From Candidatus Omnitrophota bacterium (GTDB lineage: Bacteria > Omnitrophota > Gorgyraeia > Zapsychrales > Fredricksoniimonadaceae), in contig CAIUQE010000049.1 of NCBI GenBank assembly GCA_903901225.1, positions 5,003 to 69,002 of the forward strand: DNA of 64,000 nt. The letters run 5' to 3'. The number at the start of each line of letters is the position of its first letter. The stretch's first letter is position 1. The translations under genes and the position numbers were made by a program. Below are positions 8,654 to 17,800 of this stretch, one piece after another. Under the pieces are notes generated by a model. The model was not told the origin of the DNA and did no database searches. It saw only the letters and a program-made list of their open reading frames with translations.

Positions 8654-9084
8654 TCCCGCTGGACAATTCAGCGACGGACGCGGCGATCCTCGCGCATATC
8701 CGTCCTCTCGCGCGCGGTTGCGGGGCCGCGCTGGTGTTGGCGCATGTGGCGGACGGTTTCGGGGCGCGCCTGCAGGAACAGCTCGACCTTGCCGATTCCG
8801 AGGAGATCGTCCGGGACCGCGCTTACCTTGAAAGGGTGGCGGCGGAACTTGCCGGCGAGGGGTTTGCCGTCACGCGGCACCTGCTCAAAGGCGACCCGGC
8901 TGACGGGCTGATCGCGCTCGCATTGAAGGAAGGCTGCGATCTTATCGCCATGGCCACGCACGGCCACCGTTTCTTCATGGACTGGTTCATGGGCAGTGTG
9001 GCCGATGAACTGCGCCACAGGGTCAATATCCCCATCCTGATGCTCAAGGGCGGCGGGAGTGAAAATTCACATGGCAAAGGTTGA
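8635..9084 (+). CDS. Universal stress protein (UspA family)
   Basis: MYKKILIPLDNS...LVLAHV... N-terminus and a C-terminal ATP-binding-like segment GSVADELRHRVNIPILML. The start was chosen at the internal ATG (8635), which overlaps the mntH stop. The longer six-frame ORF from 8356 is an overlap artefact. Confidence 0.8.
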   Translation: MYKKILIPLDNSATDAAILAHIRPLARGCGAALVLAHVADGFGARLQEQLDLADSEEIVRDRAYLERVAAELAGEGFAVTRHLLKGDPADGLIALALKEGCDLIAMATHGHRFFMDWFMGSVADELRHRVNIPILMLKGGGSENSHGKG

Positions 9085-9132
9085 AAAAGCCGTCTCGGCC
9101 GTTATAATGAACAAATCATATAAAAAGGATAT

Positions 9133-10407
9133 TTGATGCTGGATATAAAGTTTATTCGTGAAAATGTTGAGCTCGTCCGCAAAGGCCTTGCGGCCAAGAA
9201 CGCCGCGGGGCGCCTTGACGAGGTCCTGGGGCTGGATGAGGAACGCCGCCGCCTTTTGGTGAAGGTCGATGAACTGCGCGCGCGCAAGAACGTTGCCAAC
9301 GACGGGATCACGCAGCTTCTCAAGGAAAAAAAGGACCCGGTGGACGCCATCGCGGCCATGAAGTCCGTGGCTGTTGAGATCGACGCCCTTGAGCCTCCCT
9401 TGAAGGAGTTGGAAGATAAGATCACGGGTATTCTCCAGTTCATCCCTAACCTGCCGCATCCGTCCATTCCCGTGGGCGGGCCTGAAAATAACAGGGAGGT
9501 CCGCAGCTGGGGCACGCGGCGGGAATTCGATTTCAAGCCCAAAGACCATGTCGCGCTGGTCGAAGCGCTCGACATCATTGATTTCAAGCGCGCCACCAAG
9601 ATCAGCGGCTCAAATTTCATCCTTTACAAGAAAGCGGGGGCGCTCCTGGAGCGGGCCCTGATCAATTTCATGCTCGACCTTCATGTCCGCGAGCACGGTT
9701 ATGAGGAGGTTTTTCCGCCGGTGCTGGTGAACGCGGCGTCCATGACCGGGACGGGCCAGCTGCCCAAGATGAAAGACGACATGTACCACTTGCATGAGGA
9801 CGACCTTTATCTGATCCCCACGGCCGAGGTGCCGGTCACCAATATTTACCGGGACGAGATCCTCGACGCGGCCCGGCTTCCGGTCTACCACACGGCGTAT
9901 TCGGACTGTTTCCGCCGTGAGGCCGGGTCCTACGGCAAGGACACGCGGGGTTTGATGCGCGTGCACCAGTTCAACAAGGTCGAGCTGGTCAAGTTCGTCA
10001 GGCCTGAAACGTCCTACGACGAACTGGAGAAGCTTGTGGCGGACGCGGAAAAGGTGTTCCAGCTCCTGCAGCTGCCTTACCGCGTCCTGGAACTCGCTTC
10101 GGGCGACATCAGTTTCGCGGCGGCCAAGTGTTATGACCTGGAGGTTTACGCGCCGGGACTGGACAAATGGCTTGAGGCGTCGAGCTGTTCTAATTTTGAG
10201 GATTTTCAGGCCCGGCGGGCGAATATCCGCTACAAGGGCAAGGACATGAAAAAGCCGGCGTTCGTGCACACACTTAATGGCTCGGGTGTGGCCACGCCGC
10301 GCACGGTGATCGCCATCATTGAAAATTACCAGCAGGACGACGGTTCCATCGCGGTTCCCGACGTGCTGCAGGGATACATGCACGGCATGAAACGCATCAC
10401 AAGGTAG
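9133..10407 (+). CDS. serS: Seryl-tRNA synthetase
   Basis: MLDIKFIREN... N-terminal coiled coil. Class II aaRS motifs FRRE (motif 2) and GSG.A..R (motif 3). 424 aa. Confidence 0.9.
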   Translation: MMLDIKFIRENVELVRKGLAAKNAAGRLDEVLGLDEERRRLLVKVDELRARKNVANDGITQLLKEKKDPVDAIAAMKSVAVEIDALEPPLKELEDKITGILQFIPNLPHPSIPVGGPENNREVRSWGTRREFDFKPKDHVALVEALDIIDFKRATKISGSNFILYKKAGALLERALINFMLDLHVREHGYEEVFPPVLVNAASMTGTGQLPKMKDDMYHLHEDDLYLIPTAEVPVTNIYRDEILDAARLPVYHTAYSDCFRREAGSYGKDTRGLMRVHQFNKVELVKFVRPETSYDELEKLVADAEKVFQLLQLPYRVLELASGDISFAAAKCYDLEVYAPGLDKWLEASSCSNFEDFQARRANIRYKGKDMKKPAFVHTLNGSGVATPRTVIAIIENYQQDDGSIAVPDVLQGYMHGMKRITR

Positions 10408-10413
10408 GCGCCC

Positions 10414-11025
10414 ATGGCTGAAAAGATCATCATCGTCCTTAAATTCGTTTTCGCGGCCCTGCTCCTCCCTTTGGTCATCGGGACCGTCCTGGCGTTGCGC
10501 GGTGAGGTTGCCCAATTCGACGCGGCATTGCAGAACGCCCTTTACGCGGGCACGCTGGCCTATGTGGTGATGAAATTCTTTATCTATGACCTGGACGTTG
10601 TTTATAAATTCGGGCAAAGCATTGTCGGTTTCTGTTTCCAGTTCCTCAAGCCCGTGATGAATTTCGCCCCGTATGTCATCCCCGTTTATACGCTCATCGG
10701 CATTGTCGTTTACGCCATTATCCACGCAACGGGTGTCATCGGGGGCAGGGAACCGCTGGGGCTTATCCTGATCGGCGCCATCGCCTTTACCTTTGCCATG
10801 CACATCATCCTGACCGCGCAGGATCTTTACAAGAAGGATACGATCCCGGCCAAGCCCAATTATTTCTTTGCCATGTCGCTCATCTTCATCGTGGATGTGT
10901 TCTTCATGGCCCTTTTGATGGGCCTCGCGGGCAAGGGGTTCTCTTTTGTGAGTTTTTTCCAGAAGCTTGGCGGCGCTTCAGCCCAGATCTATATGGCCGT
11001 ATTCAAGCAGCTTTTTGGCGTCTGA
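10414..11025 (+). CDS. Hypothetical polytopic membrane protein
   Basis: Five or six hydrophobic helices. No recognised motif. Confidence 0.5.
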   Translation: MAEKIIIVLKFVFAALLLPLVIGTVLALRGEVAQFDAALQNALYAGTLAYVVMKFFIYDLDVVYKFGQSIVGFCFQFLKPVMNFAPYVIPVYTLIGIVVYAIIHATGVIGGREPLGLILIGAIAFTFAMHIILTAQDLYKKDTIPAKPNYFFAMSLIFIVDVFFMALLMGLAGKGFSFVSFFQKLGGASAQIYMAVFKQLFGV

Positions 11026-11050
11026 AGCGGCTGGTTGTTGACATGCCGGC

Positions 11051-11079
11051 TTGACAGGTATGCCTTTCTTGGGTATATT
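11051..11079 (+). promoter_or_regulatory. Sigma70-like promoter: TTGACA (11051-11056), 17 nt spacer, TATATT (11074-11079). It lies upstream of the HTH-REC regulator, with RBS AAAAGGGGAG at 11101-11110.
   Basis: Read directly from the sequence: -35 and -10 hexamers with a 17-nt spacer, about 35 nt upstream of the ATG at 11115. Confidence 0.4.
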
Positions 11080-11114
11080 TAATTTAGTGGATAAACACGA
11101 AAAAGGGGAGTTTT

Positions 11115-11690
11115 ATGGCTAATGAGCGTCCTTTAACGACCGGCGAGATCGCTGACCTTTGCCATGTCCATTTGAGGACCGTCCTCCAATGGGTCCATGA
11201 TGGCAAACTCAAGGCGTATCGCACCCCCGGCAACCACAGCCGCATCAAGATCGATGATTTCCTTGTTTTTCTCAAGCAGTTCAATATGCCCATCCCGGAA
11301 AACCTCGAGGGCCGCGGGGTCGCGCGCAAGGTCCTGATCGTGGATGATGACACCAACATGGTCAGCGCGATCCGGCGCCTGTTCAAGAAAGAGCTTAATT
11401 TCGAGATCGAGGTGGCTTACGACGGTTTTGAGGCGGGCATCAAGCTGCTTTTGTTCAAGCCCGACCTGGTTGTCCTCGACATGAAGATGCCCGGCATGAA
11501 CGGTTATGAGGTGGCGCAGAAGATCAAGCGTTCCGGGAACTGCGAGCACACCAAGATCATCGGCGTTTCCGCGTATTTTGAGGAGACCGATAAACAGCGC
11601 CTGCGCGATATTGGCGTGGAATACTGTTTCGACAAGCCGTTCAATTCCGCGGAACTCGTTGAAAAAGCAAAACTGGTCCTTGGCGTTTGA
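11115..11690 (+). CDS. Response regulator with an N-terminal MerR/excisionase-type HTH and a C-terminal receiver (REC) domain
   Basis: HTH: LTTGEIADLCHVHLRTVLQWVHDGKLKAYRTPGNHSRI. REC: KVLIVDDDTNMV...DLVVLDMKMPGMNGYEV...KIIGVSA. Confidence 0.75.
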   Translation: MANERPLTTGEIADLCHVHLRTVLQWVHDGKLKAYRTPGNHSRIKIDDFLVFLKQFNMPIPENLEGRGVARKVLIVDDDTNMVSAIRRLFKKELNFEIEVAYDGFEAGIKLLLFKPDLVVLDMKMPGMNGYEVAQKIKRSGNCEHTKIIGVSAYFEETDKQRLRDIGVEYCFDKPFNSAELVEKAKLVLGV

Positions 11691-12619
11691 TCCCTCCCGC
11701 GTTCATCGAACGTTTGCGCGCGATCATTCCCGCTGATGACGTCGATGGCGTTATCGGCAGTTTTTCTTCCCCTGACGTTATTGCGATCCGTGTCAATCCC
11801 CTGAAAACATCTGTTCATGATCCTTTGACGGTCCTGCGCGAGCAGGGCGCTGTCCTGGACGCTGTTGCCTGGTGCCCGGGGGCTTTTGTTGTCAAAGGCC
11901 TCGCGCGTGAGGCGGTGTCACATCATGCCCTTGCCGCACAAGGCGTGATCTACCAGCAAAGCCTTGCGAGCCTGATCCCGGCGATCGTCCTGAACCCTGG
12001 CTCCGGGGATATGGTTCTTGATGCTTGCGCCGCTCCCGGAAGCAAAACAGCGCAGATGGCGGGTATGATGAAGAATGACGGTATGATCGTCGCCGTTGAG
12101 GCCGTCAAATCAAGGTTCTTTCGTTTGAAAGCTGTTTGCGCGCTGCTGGAGGCGCGGATCGTCACGTCCAAGCTTTGCGATATCCGCCGGTTCCGTTCGC
12201 CGGAGGGGATGATGTTCGACCGGGTGCTTGTCGACGCGCCCTGCAGTTCGGAAGGACGCTTCAAGGCCGATGAGCCCGAAAGCGTGGCGTATTGGAGTCC
12301 GCGCAAGATCAAGGAAATGAGTTACAAGCAGAAAGGGATTCTGATGAGTGCCTCCCGTCATGTAAAGCCCGGGGGCACTCTTGTTTATTCAACCTGCACC
12401 TACGCGCCGGAAGAGAATGAGGAAGTGGTTGACTGGTTTCTTCATAAGAATGAAGGTTCATTCACCCTTGAGGATTGCCACCTTGCGGGCGTGCCGGCGT
12501 ACCCGTGTTTGACGCGCTGGGGCAGGTCGGAATTCGATCCGGCGGTGCTCAAATGCGTCAGAGTAAAGCCCGTCGACGGGTACACGGGGTTCTTTGTGGC
12601 AAAATTCAGGCGTAAGTAA
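11687..12619 (+). CDS. RsmB/RsmF (NOL1/NOP2/Sun) family rRNA cytosine-C5 methyltransferase
   Basis: SAM motif DACAAPGSKT. Catalytic PCS...TCT motifs (DAPCSSEG, STCTYAPEENE). The start is uncertain. Confidence 0.8.
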   Translation: MIPPAFIERLRAIIPADDVDGVIGSFSSPDVIAIRVNPLKTSVHDPLTVLREQGAVLDAVAWCPGAFVVKGLAREAVSHHALAAQGVIYQQSLASLIPAIVLNPGSGDMVLDACAAPGSKTAQMAGMMKNDGMIVAVEAVKSRFFRLKAVCALLEARIVTSKLCDIRRFRSPEGMMFDRVLVDAPCSSEGRFKADEPESVAYWSPRKIKEMSYKQKGILMSASRHVKPGGTLVYSTCTYAPEENEEVVDWFLHKNEGSFTLEDCHLAGVPAYPCLTRWGRSEFDPAVLKCVRVKPVDGYTGFFVAKFRRK

Positions 12620-12630
12620 AAACCTACCGT

Positions 12631-12676
12631 TTTACATTGCTTAACATCCCTTAACAGAGTTTACAAGAAGTTAACT
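12631..12676 (+). promoter_or_regulatory. Five helically phased TTAACA-like hexamers (tTTACA, TTAACA, TTAACA, TTACAA, TTAACT) at 9-10-bp spacing, 75-120 bp upstream of giant paralog 1
   Basis: Motif starts at 12632, 12641, 12651, 12661 and 12671, read directly. A TATATT box lies at 12708-12713. The RBS AAGAGGA lies 7 nt before the ATG at 12751. Confidence 0.35.
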
Positions 12677-12750
12677 TTTCTGCAGTTTCCTTTTTACAGA
12701 TGGGCTCTATATTTAGAAAGCCTGAGTTTTTCTGAAAAGAGGAATGTGCC

Positions 12751-14865
12751 ATGTTGAGTGATTGTTTCTCTAAAGAATTATTTTCGTCGCGCCTTATGGC
12801 CGGGAGCACTGCGGCGAGTTTCTTGATCTCATTGCTAGTGCCGCCGTTGGTCATGGCGCAAACGCTTGTTCTTCCGGTTCCTGGAATGATGGTGACCCAA
12901 AGTCCGGCGTACATGCCGGTCATGACGCGCGGGCTTAAGGTCCATCCTGAAAATCCCCTTCTGTTTGATTTTATTGTGGATGCCGGTGACTCCGGTTTCG
13001 TGGTTGAAGGTCCGCAGTTCAAGGCTGAATCCGAAAAACTCATCAAATACTTTCTCGCCTCGCTCGCGGTCAAGGAAGACGACCAGTGGGTGAACCTGTC
13101 TCCCTATGAAAAAGACCGCATGATCCCTGAAAACCTGGGGAAGACCGAATTGGGTCACGACATGCTGGCGCAGGACTATATCCTCAAGCAGTTGACGGCT
13201 TCGCTGATTTATCCCGAGAAAGAGCTGGGGAAGGAATTCTGGACCAAGGTGTATGAAAAAGCTCAGGCGCAGTTTGGCAGCATTGATGTGCCGGTGGATA
13301 CGTTCAACAAGGTATGGATCACAGCCGACAAGGCGCGCGTCCTGGAACGCAATAACACGGCGTATGTTGTCGGCGCGCACCTGAAAGTCATGCTTGAGTC
13401 AGACTACGAAGCCATGTCCCGCCAGGATACCCTCGCGCGTAGGGGAGAGGCACTGCCTCGCCTCCAGGACTCGGCATCCCGGGAACTGACCAAACAGATC
13501 ATGCGCGAGGTCATCATACCCCAGATCGAAAAAGAAGTGAACGAAGGCAGGAATTTCAGCCAATTGCGCCAGATATTCTACGCCATGATCCTTTCTACCT
13601 GGTACAAGCGTGCCCTGAAAAACTCCCTTTTGAACCATGTCTACAGCAACAAGTCCAAGACCAACGGCGTCGAGAACGCTGACCCGGCGGTGAAGGAAAA
13701 GATCTACGCCCGGTATCTGGAAGCCTACCGCAAGGGCGTGTTCAACTATGTCAAGGAAGAGACTAACGCGGCGGGCGAAACGATCCCGCGTAAGTATTTC
13801 TCGGGTGGTATTGCCAGGAACCTTGGGCTGAAAGATCATGCGATGGAAGTGGTTGATAAAGCGGCAGTGGGGGATTCTTTTGAACTGAAGAATGCCGCTT
13901 TGGTCGATGCTTCGTTAGTTGATGCCGCGGAGGTAACGGGTAAAAATTTTTCAGGCAGAAAGACGCGGTGGGTGCCACCCCGCAAGCTTTTGATGAAAGA
14001 CGCCGAGAAGTCGCAAGATGCGAGTATGTCAAAGCCAACGCCGATAGGAACGCTTATAAAATTGATCGATCTGTCGGTGGAATATTTGATCAAGTGTATC
14101 GAGGTCATTAATGAAAGCGTCACTTCAGGCAATGTTCATGTTCCTGACATAAAAGATGTTACGAAAGTGGCGGCGTTGCCAAAGGATGGATCAGTCGGTC
14201 CGCGGGCCAACAGTAAAAAAAATCTGTTGCTGGATCCCACGACGCCGCTCAAGAAAGTCATGTCCGAGGTGCGCCTTGCTTTCGCCAAAGAAGATATGAC
14301 ACCGCAACAGATCCAGGATCTGGCCGTTCAGATAAAGATCTATACGTATCAAAAAAGTAATTTTTGGGATATGGGATCCTCAGCAGGAATTATTGAATAC
14401 TTTTTAAATTACGGTATCGATGCGTATGAAAAGTTTAAAAATGAACATAAAGATGATCAGGCGCGGTGTATCGCAATTTTTTTGCAGGAATTAAGCAATG
14501 GCGCTGTCTATGAAAAGACCGACCATCTTGTTGGACTGGAAGATCACAAGGGAGAGGATCTTGTCAAAGAAGTTTCGTGGAGTGTCTGGGGAGAGATGGC
14601 CAGGTCCGGGAAGACAATTCGCCAGGCCAATATTGATCCGGCGGAGGATATCAAACGCGATAGTAAAGCAGTTGATGGTGGTATTGACATCAACGGCAAG
14701 AACCTGACGCTGGATGTGACGCGCGAGGGTAAGGGTGCTGAGACGAAATTCGACCCGGCTATGGTCGCGCGTTTCGAACGCGGCGATTTCACGGGGTTCG
14801 TCCCGATCATTTTGAAGGTAACGCCGCTGGGTAACATTGGCTTGTCGCCGGGAATGGGAGGCTGA
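12751..14865 (+). CDS. Giant-paralog family member 1 (704 aa). It has a signal peptide, a conserved ~330-aa N-terminal domain (unknown family), a variable middle, and a conserved ~60-aa C-terminal tail.
   Basis: The N-domain shares LKVHPENPLLFDFIVD...KYFLASL..DLWVNLSPYEKDR...DTFNKVWI...REVIIP.IEKEVNEG.NF..LRQ....I...WYK...VFNY..EE......IPRKYFSGG with ORFs 14868, 19398, 23914 and 26969. The C-tail is DGGIDINGKNLTLDV...KFDPAMVARF...GFVPIILKVTPL. Confidence 0.85.
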   Translation: MLSDCFSKELFSSRLMAGSTAASFLISLLVPPLVMAQTLVLPVPGMMVTQSPAYMPVMTRGLKVHPENPLLFDFIVDAGDSGFVVEGPQFKAESEKLIKYFLASLAVKEDDQWVNLSPYEKDRMIPENLGKTELGHDMLAQDYILKQLTASLIYPEKELGKEFWTKVYEKAQAQFGSIDVPVDTFNKVWITADKARVLERNNTAYVVGAHLKVMLESDYEAMSRQDTLARRGEALPRLQDSASRELTKQIMREVIIPQIEKEVNEGRNFSQLRQIFYAMILSTWYKRALKNSLLNHVYSNKSKTNGVENADPAVKEKIYARYLEAYRKGVFNYVKEETNAAGETIPRKYFSGGIARNLGLKDHAMEVVDKAAVGDSFELKNAALVDASLVDAAEVTGKNFSGRKTRWVPPRKLLMKDAEKSQDASMSKPTPIGTLIKLIDLSVEYLIKCIEVINESVTSGNVHVPDIKDVTKVAALPKDGSVGPRANSKKNLLLDPTTPLKKVMSEVRLAFAKEDMTPQQIQDLAVQIKIYTYQKSNFWDMGSSAGIIEYFLNYGIDAYEKFKNEHKDDQARCIAIFLQELSNGAVYEKTDHLVGLEDHKGEDLVKEVSWSVWGEMARSGKTIRQANIDPAEDIKRDSKAVDGGIDINGKNLTLDVTREGKGAETKFDPAMVARFERGDFTGFVPIILKVTPLGNIGLSPGMGG
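13437..13465. repeat. GCGTAGGGG-hairpin family, copy 3 (degenerate stem gaggca/tgcctc), embedded in-frame in paralog 1, encoding ...ARRGEALPRLQ...
   Basis: gcgtaggggagaggcactgcctcgcctcc. It has the same 9-nt leader as the intergenic copies. It lies in the variable linker of the N-terminal domain. Confidence 0.45.
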
Positions 14866-14867
14866 TC

Positions 14868-17800
14868 ATGCGCTGTCGCGGCGTTTGTATAATAACAGCT
14901 TTCTTCTTCACTACATCCCAACTGGCATTCCTTCCGGCCAGGGGAGATGCCGCGGTTTACACACCGCCTCAAATGGGCTTTTTGACCCCAACGGCGCCCT
15001 CCCGGGATATCCTTCTCCACGGTCTTGAATTGGACCCGAATACGACCCGCAGGATGAAATTCATGTTCAGGGCTGGTGAGAAAGAGCTTTTGCCGGCCGA
15101 TGCCATGCGGCAGATAAAATATTTTTTGACCGCGCTGACCATTCCCGAGAATGACCTGTGGGTCAATTTGTCGCCGTTTGAAGCAGACCGTATCATTTCC
15201 TATCCTTTTGGCGTGACGGATATGGGACGAGGGTTTCTGGAGCAGGATTATATTTTAAAACAGTTTTGCGCGTCATTGCTTCACCCGGAAAGCCCCAGTG
15301 GCAGGGAATTCTGGGCACGGATCCGCCAGGCCGGGCTTGGATCAGCGGCATTGGACAACAATGGCCAGTTCAAATTTATCGACAAGGTATGGATCACACC
15401 GAGGGATGCCATCGTTAAACAGGATCACGGCAGGGTTTATATCCGCAAGAGCCGTCTGCAGGTCATGTTCCGGGAAGATCCCGGAGTTGTTGCCGTTTCA
15501 TCCGAAAAGATCTCCGGGATCATCAGGGAAGTCCTCTTGCCATATATTGACAGGGAGGTCAACGAAGGAAAGCTTTTTATGACACTGCGTCAGATGTACG
15601 CGGCGATGATCCTCGCGGAATGGTTCAAGCGCTACGTTGCCGGAAAGTCTGTATGGCGGCAGGCTTTCATTGGCCAGAAGAAGGTGGGCGGTCTTGATAT
15701 TGATGACCCTGCTGTTCCCCTAAAGGTTTACGGCAATTATTTAAGAGCGGTTGAAACGGGGGTTTTTAATTATGTCCATGAAGACGTGGATCCGGGGACC
15801 GGAGAAGTCATTCCACGGAAATATTTTGCCGGCGGGATCTCGGCCGGTTCAGGCCCGTCCAGCCTGAGGCATATCTTGCGTGTCGAGGACAATGATCTGC
15901 CTTCCGATTTCGCGGAAAAATCTCCTGACAAGGACACGGAGATACCGGTGTGGATGCAGGATATCCCGGCGAGGCCTGTGGATGTTAATAGTCAGCTGAA
16001 AGACCAGGTCAGGAAAGGCCTTGTCTGCCGGGTTACGCGCAAGGAGGACGGATTTGTTTTTAAACCGGAAGTCCCTTATGGCATAGAACCTGACCTGATC
16101 AGGGTGTATTCCATGACCGCGAAAACATTCGTGCTGCAAAAGCAATACGCGGCGTACCTTGAGGCGGCGCGCGCACGCCAGGCACTTTTGGATGCCATGC
16201 AACACCATGAGGAAGCGTTCAGGGATTATACGGCTTCCCGGAAGGAGGCGCTTGTGCGTATCGCTTCGGAGATCGACCTGTACCTTGTGAACGGGAGTTT
16301 TACTTTGTTCCGTAACGGACCTTTAACACATATTCGCTGGGGAACGTATCGTAGTGACAATGATCTTTCCTATTCCGGCATCTGGCTTGGTGAGCGTGTG
16401 TTGTCGGCGTTGGATCAGGATGAATTTTCCGCGTTCCTGTTGCTGGAAGCGCGCAATTTTCTGGATGGGAACAATGAAAAGATGGAAGCCTATCCTTTGT
16501 ACAGGAAGATCGCGGCGTTGTCAGGATCTTCAGGCGAAACAATACCGCTCATGGAAGGGCAGGATCAGTCCCTGACATCGTTGCGTCAAAGGCCGGAAAA
16601 CAGCCCCGGTAACAGCGCATTTTTTATTAACAGCACACTGCCTCAGGAACGCCAGCTTTACAAAGAATCTCTGGCGGCTCGTTTTGCCGGTACGGACTTG
16701 ACAGTGAATGAAAGAATGAAGGTCGTTAACGCGTTGGCGAGGATATCTGATGAAGCGCTGCGCCTGCGCCGTGAAAGCTGGCCTTTTTTGGAGGCGCAGA
16801 AGATTTCCCGCCAGGAGGATATTGACGCCGTTGCCATGGCTAAAAACCTTCTTGCGGAAAAGAACAAATACGCGTTGTTGCAAAACGAGGTTTACGAAGC
16901 ACTCTTCTCCTCTGATGAGGTCGAGTCTTTGTTGTTCAAGAAGCTTATTCCGTATGCCTGGGTCGAGCTTCTTCTTCATGAAGGTGCTTCTACCAAAAGC
17001 ATCCTTTTCCTTTGCCAGCATAGTGATGATCCGCTCGGCCAATGGGAAAAGATATGCGCTTTCAGGGCAGTTTACGAGAAAGACGGTGTGCCGCCGGCAT
17101 GGGCGCTTCTTTTGTCTTTTTCGGGGAAGAAGGTCATGGACCTGTGGGAAACCACTTTAAAAAATGAGCGAGAGGATCTGGTTCGTCAGGGACTTGACCC
17201 GTTGTGGGCCACGTATCTTGTCCTGATGCATCCACGCGATGCCGTGCGTTACTGGAATGATGACATTGAACCTAAGAAAAGAAAGATCCAGCAGGAACGC
17301 GGATTGAGCGACGCCTGGGCAACCTTTTATGCCGTGTTTGACAATGAAAGTTTGAAACACGACGATTCTCCTTTCGCGTTCCTTAGGGGGGCTGATTCCC
17401 TGAATTTGCAAGCTCCGGACCTGGCTCTTCTGCAGGATGAGGGGGTTGCGATGGGGCTTGATCTGCCTCACGACGGAAAGGTGCAATGGGAGCAACAGAT
17501 ACAGCACTGGCAAAGCGCCTTGATGAAGAAGGGTTTTGAAGAGCCTCTTTTGACGTACCTTCTGCGCGCTTATCAGAACCCGATGGAGAAAGCGGTCAAG
17601 ATCGAGGAGCTGGCACTGCTGATCAAGAGGTTCGATCCGCGGGTCAAATGGCAGGAAGCGTTATTGACAGCGTTCAAGCTTTTTCATCCGCGATCTTATG
17701 CGGACAAACAGGAGGCGCGCGGTACCGGCGATATCATCAAGCATCTTCTGTTCGGGCGCGGCAAGCGGGGGCACAGGAATTATTATCAGGGATATATTTT

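Noticed and set aside
9610-10803. 397-aa minus-strand ORF antisense to serS and the following membrane gene
   Set aside because: It overlaps two well-supported + strand genes and its composition is typical of an antisense artefact.
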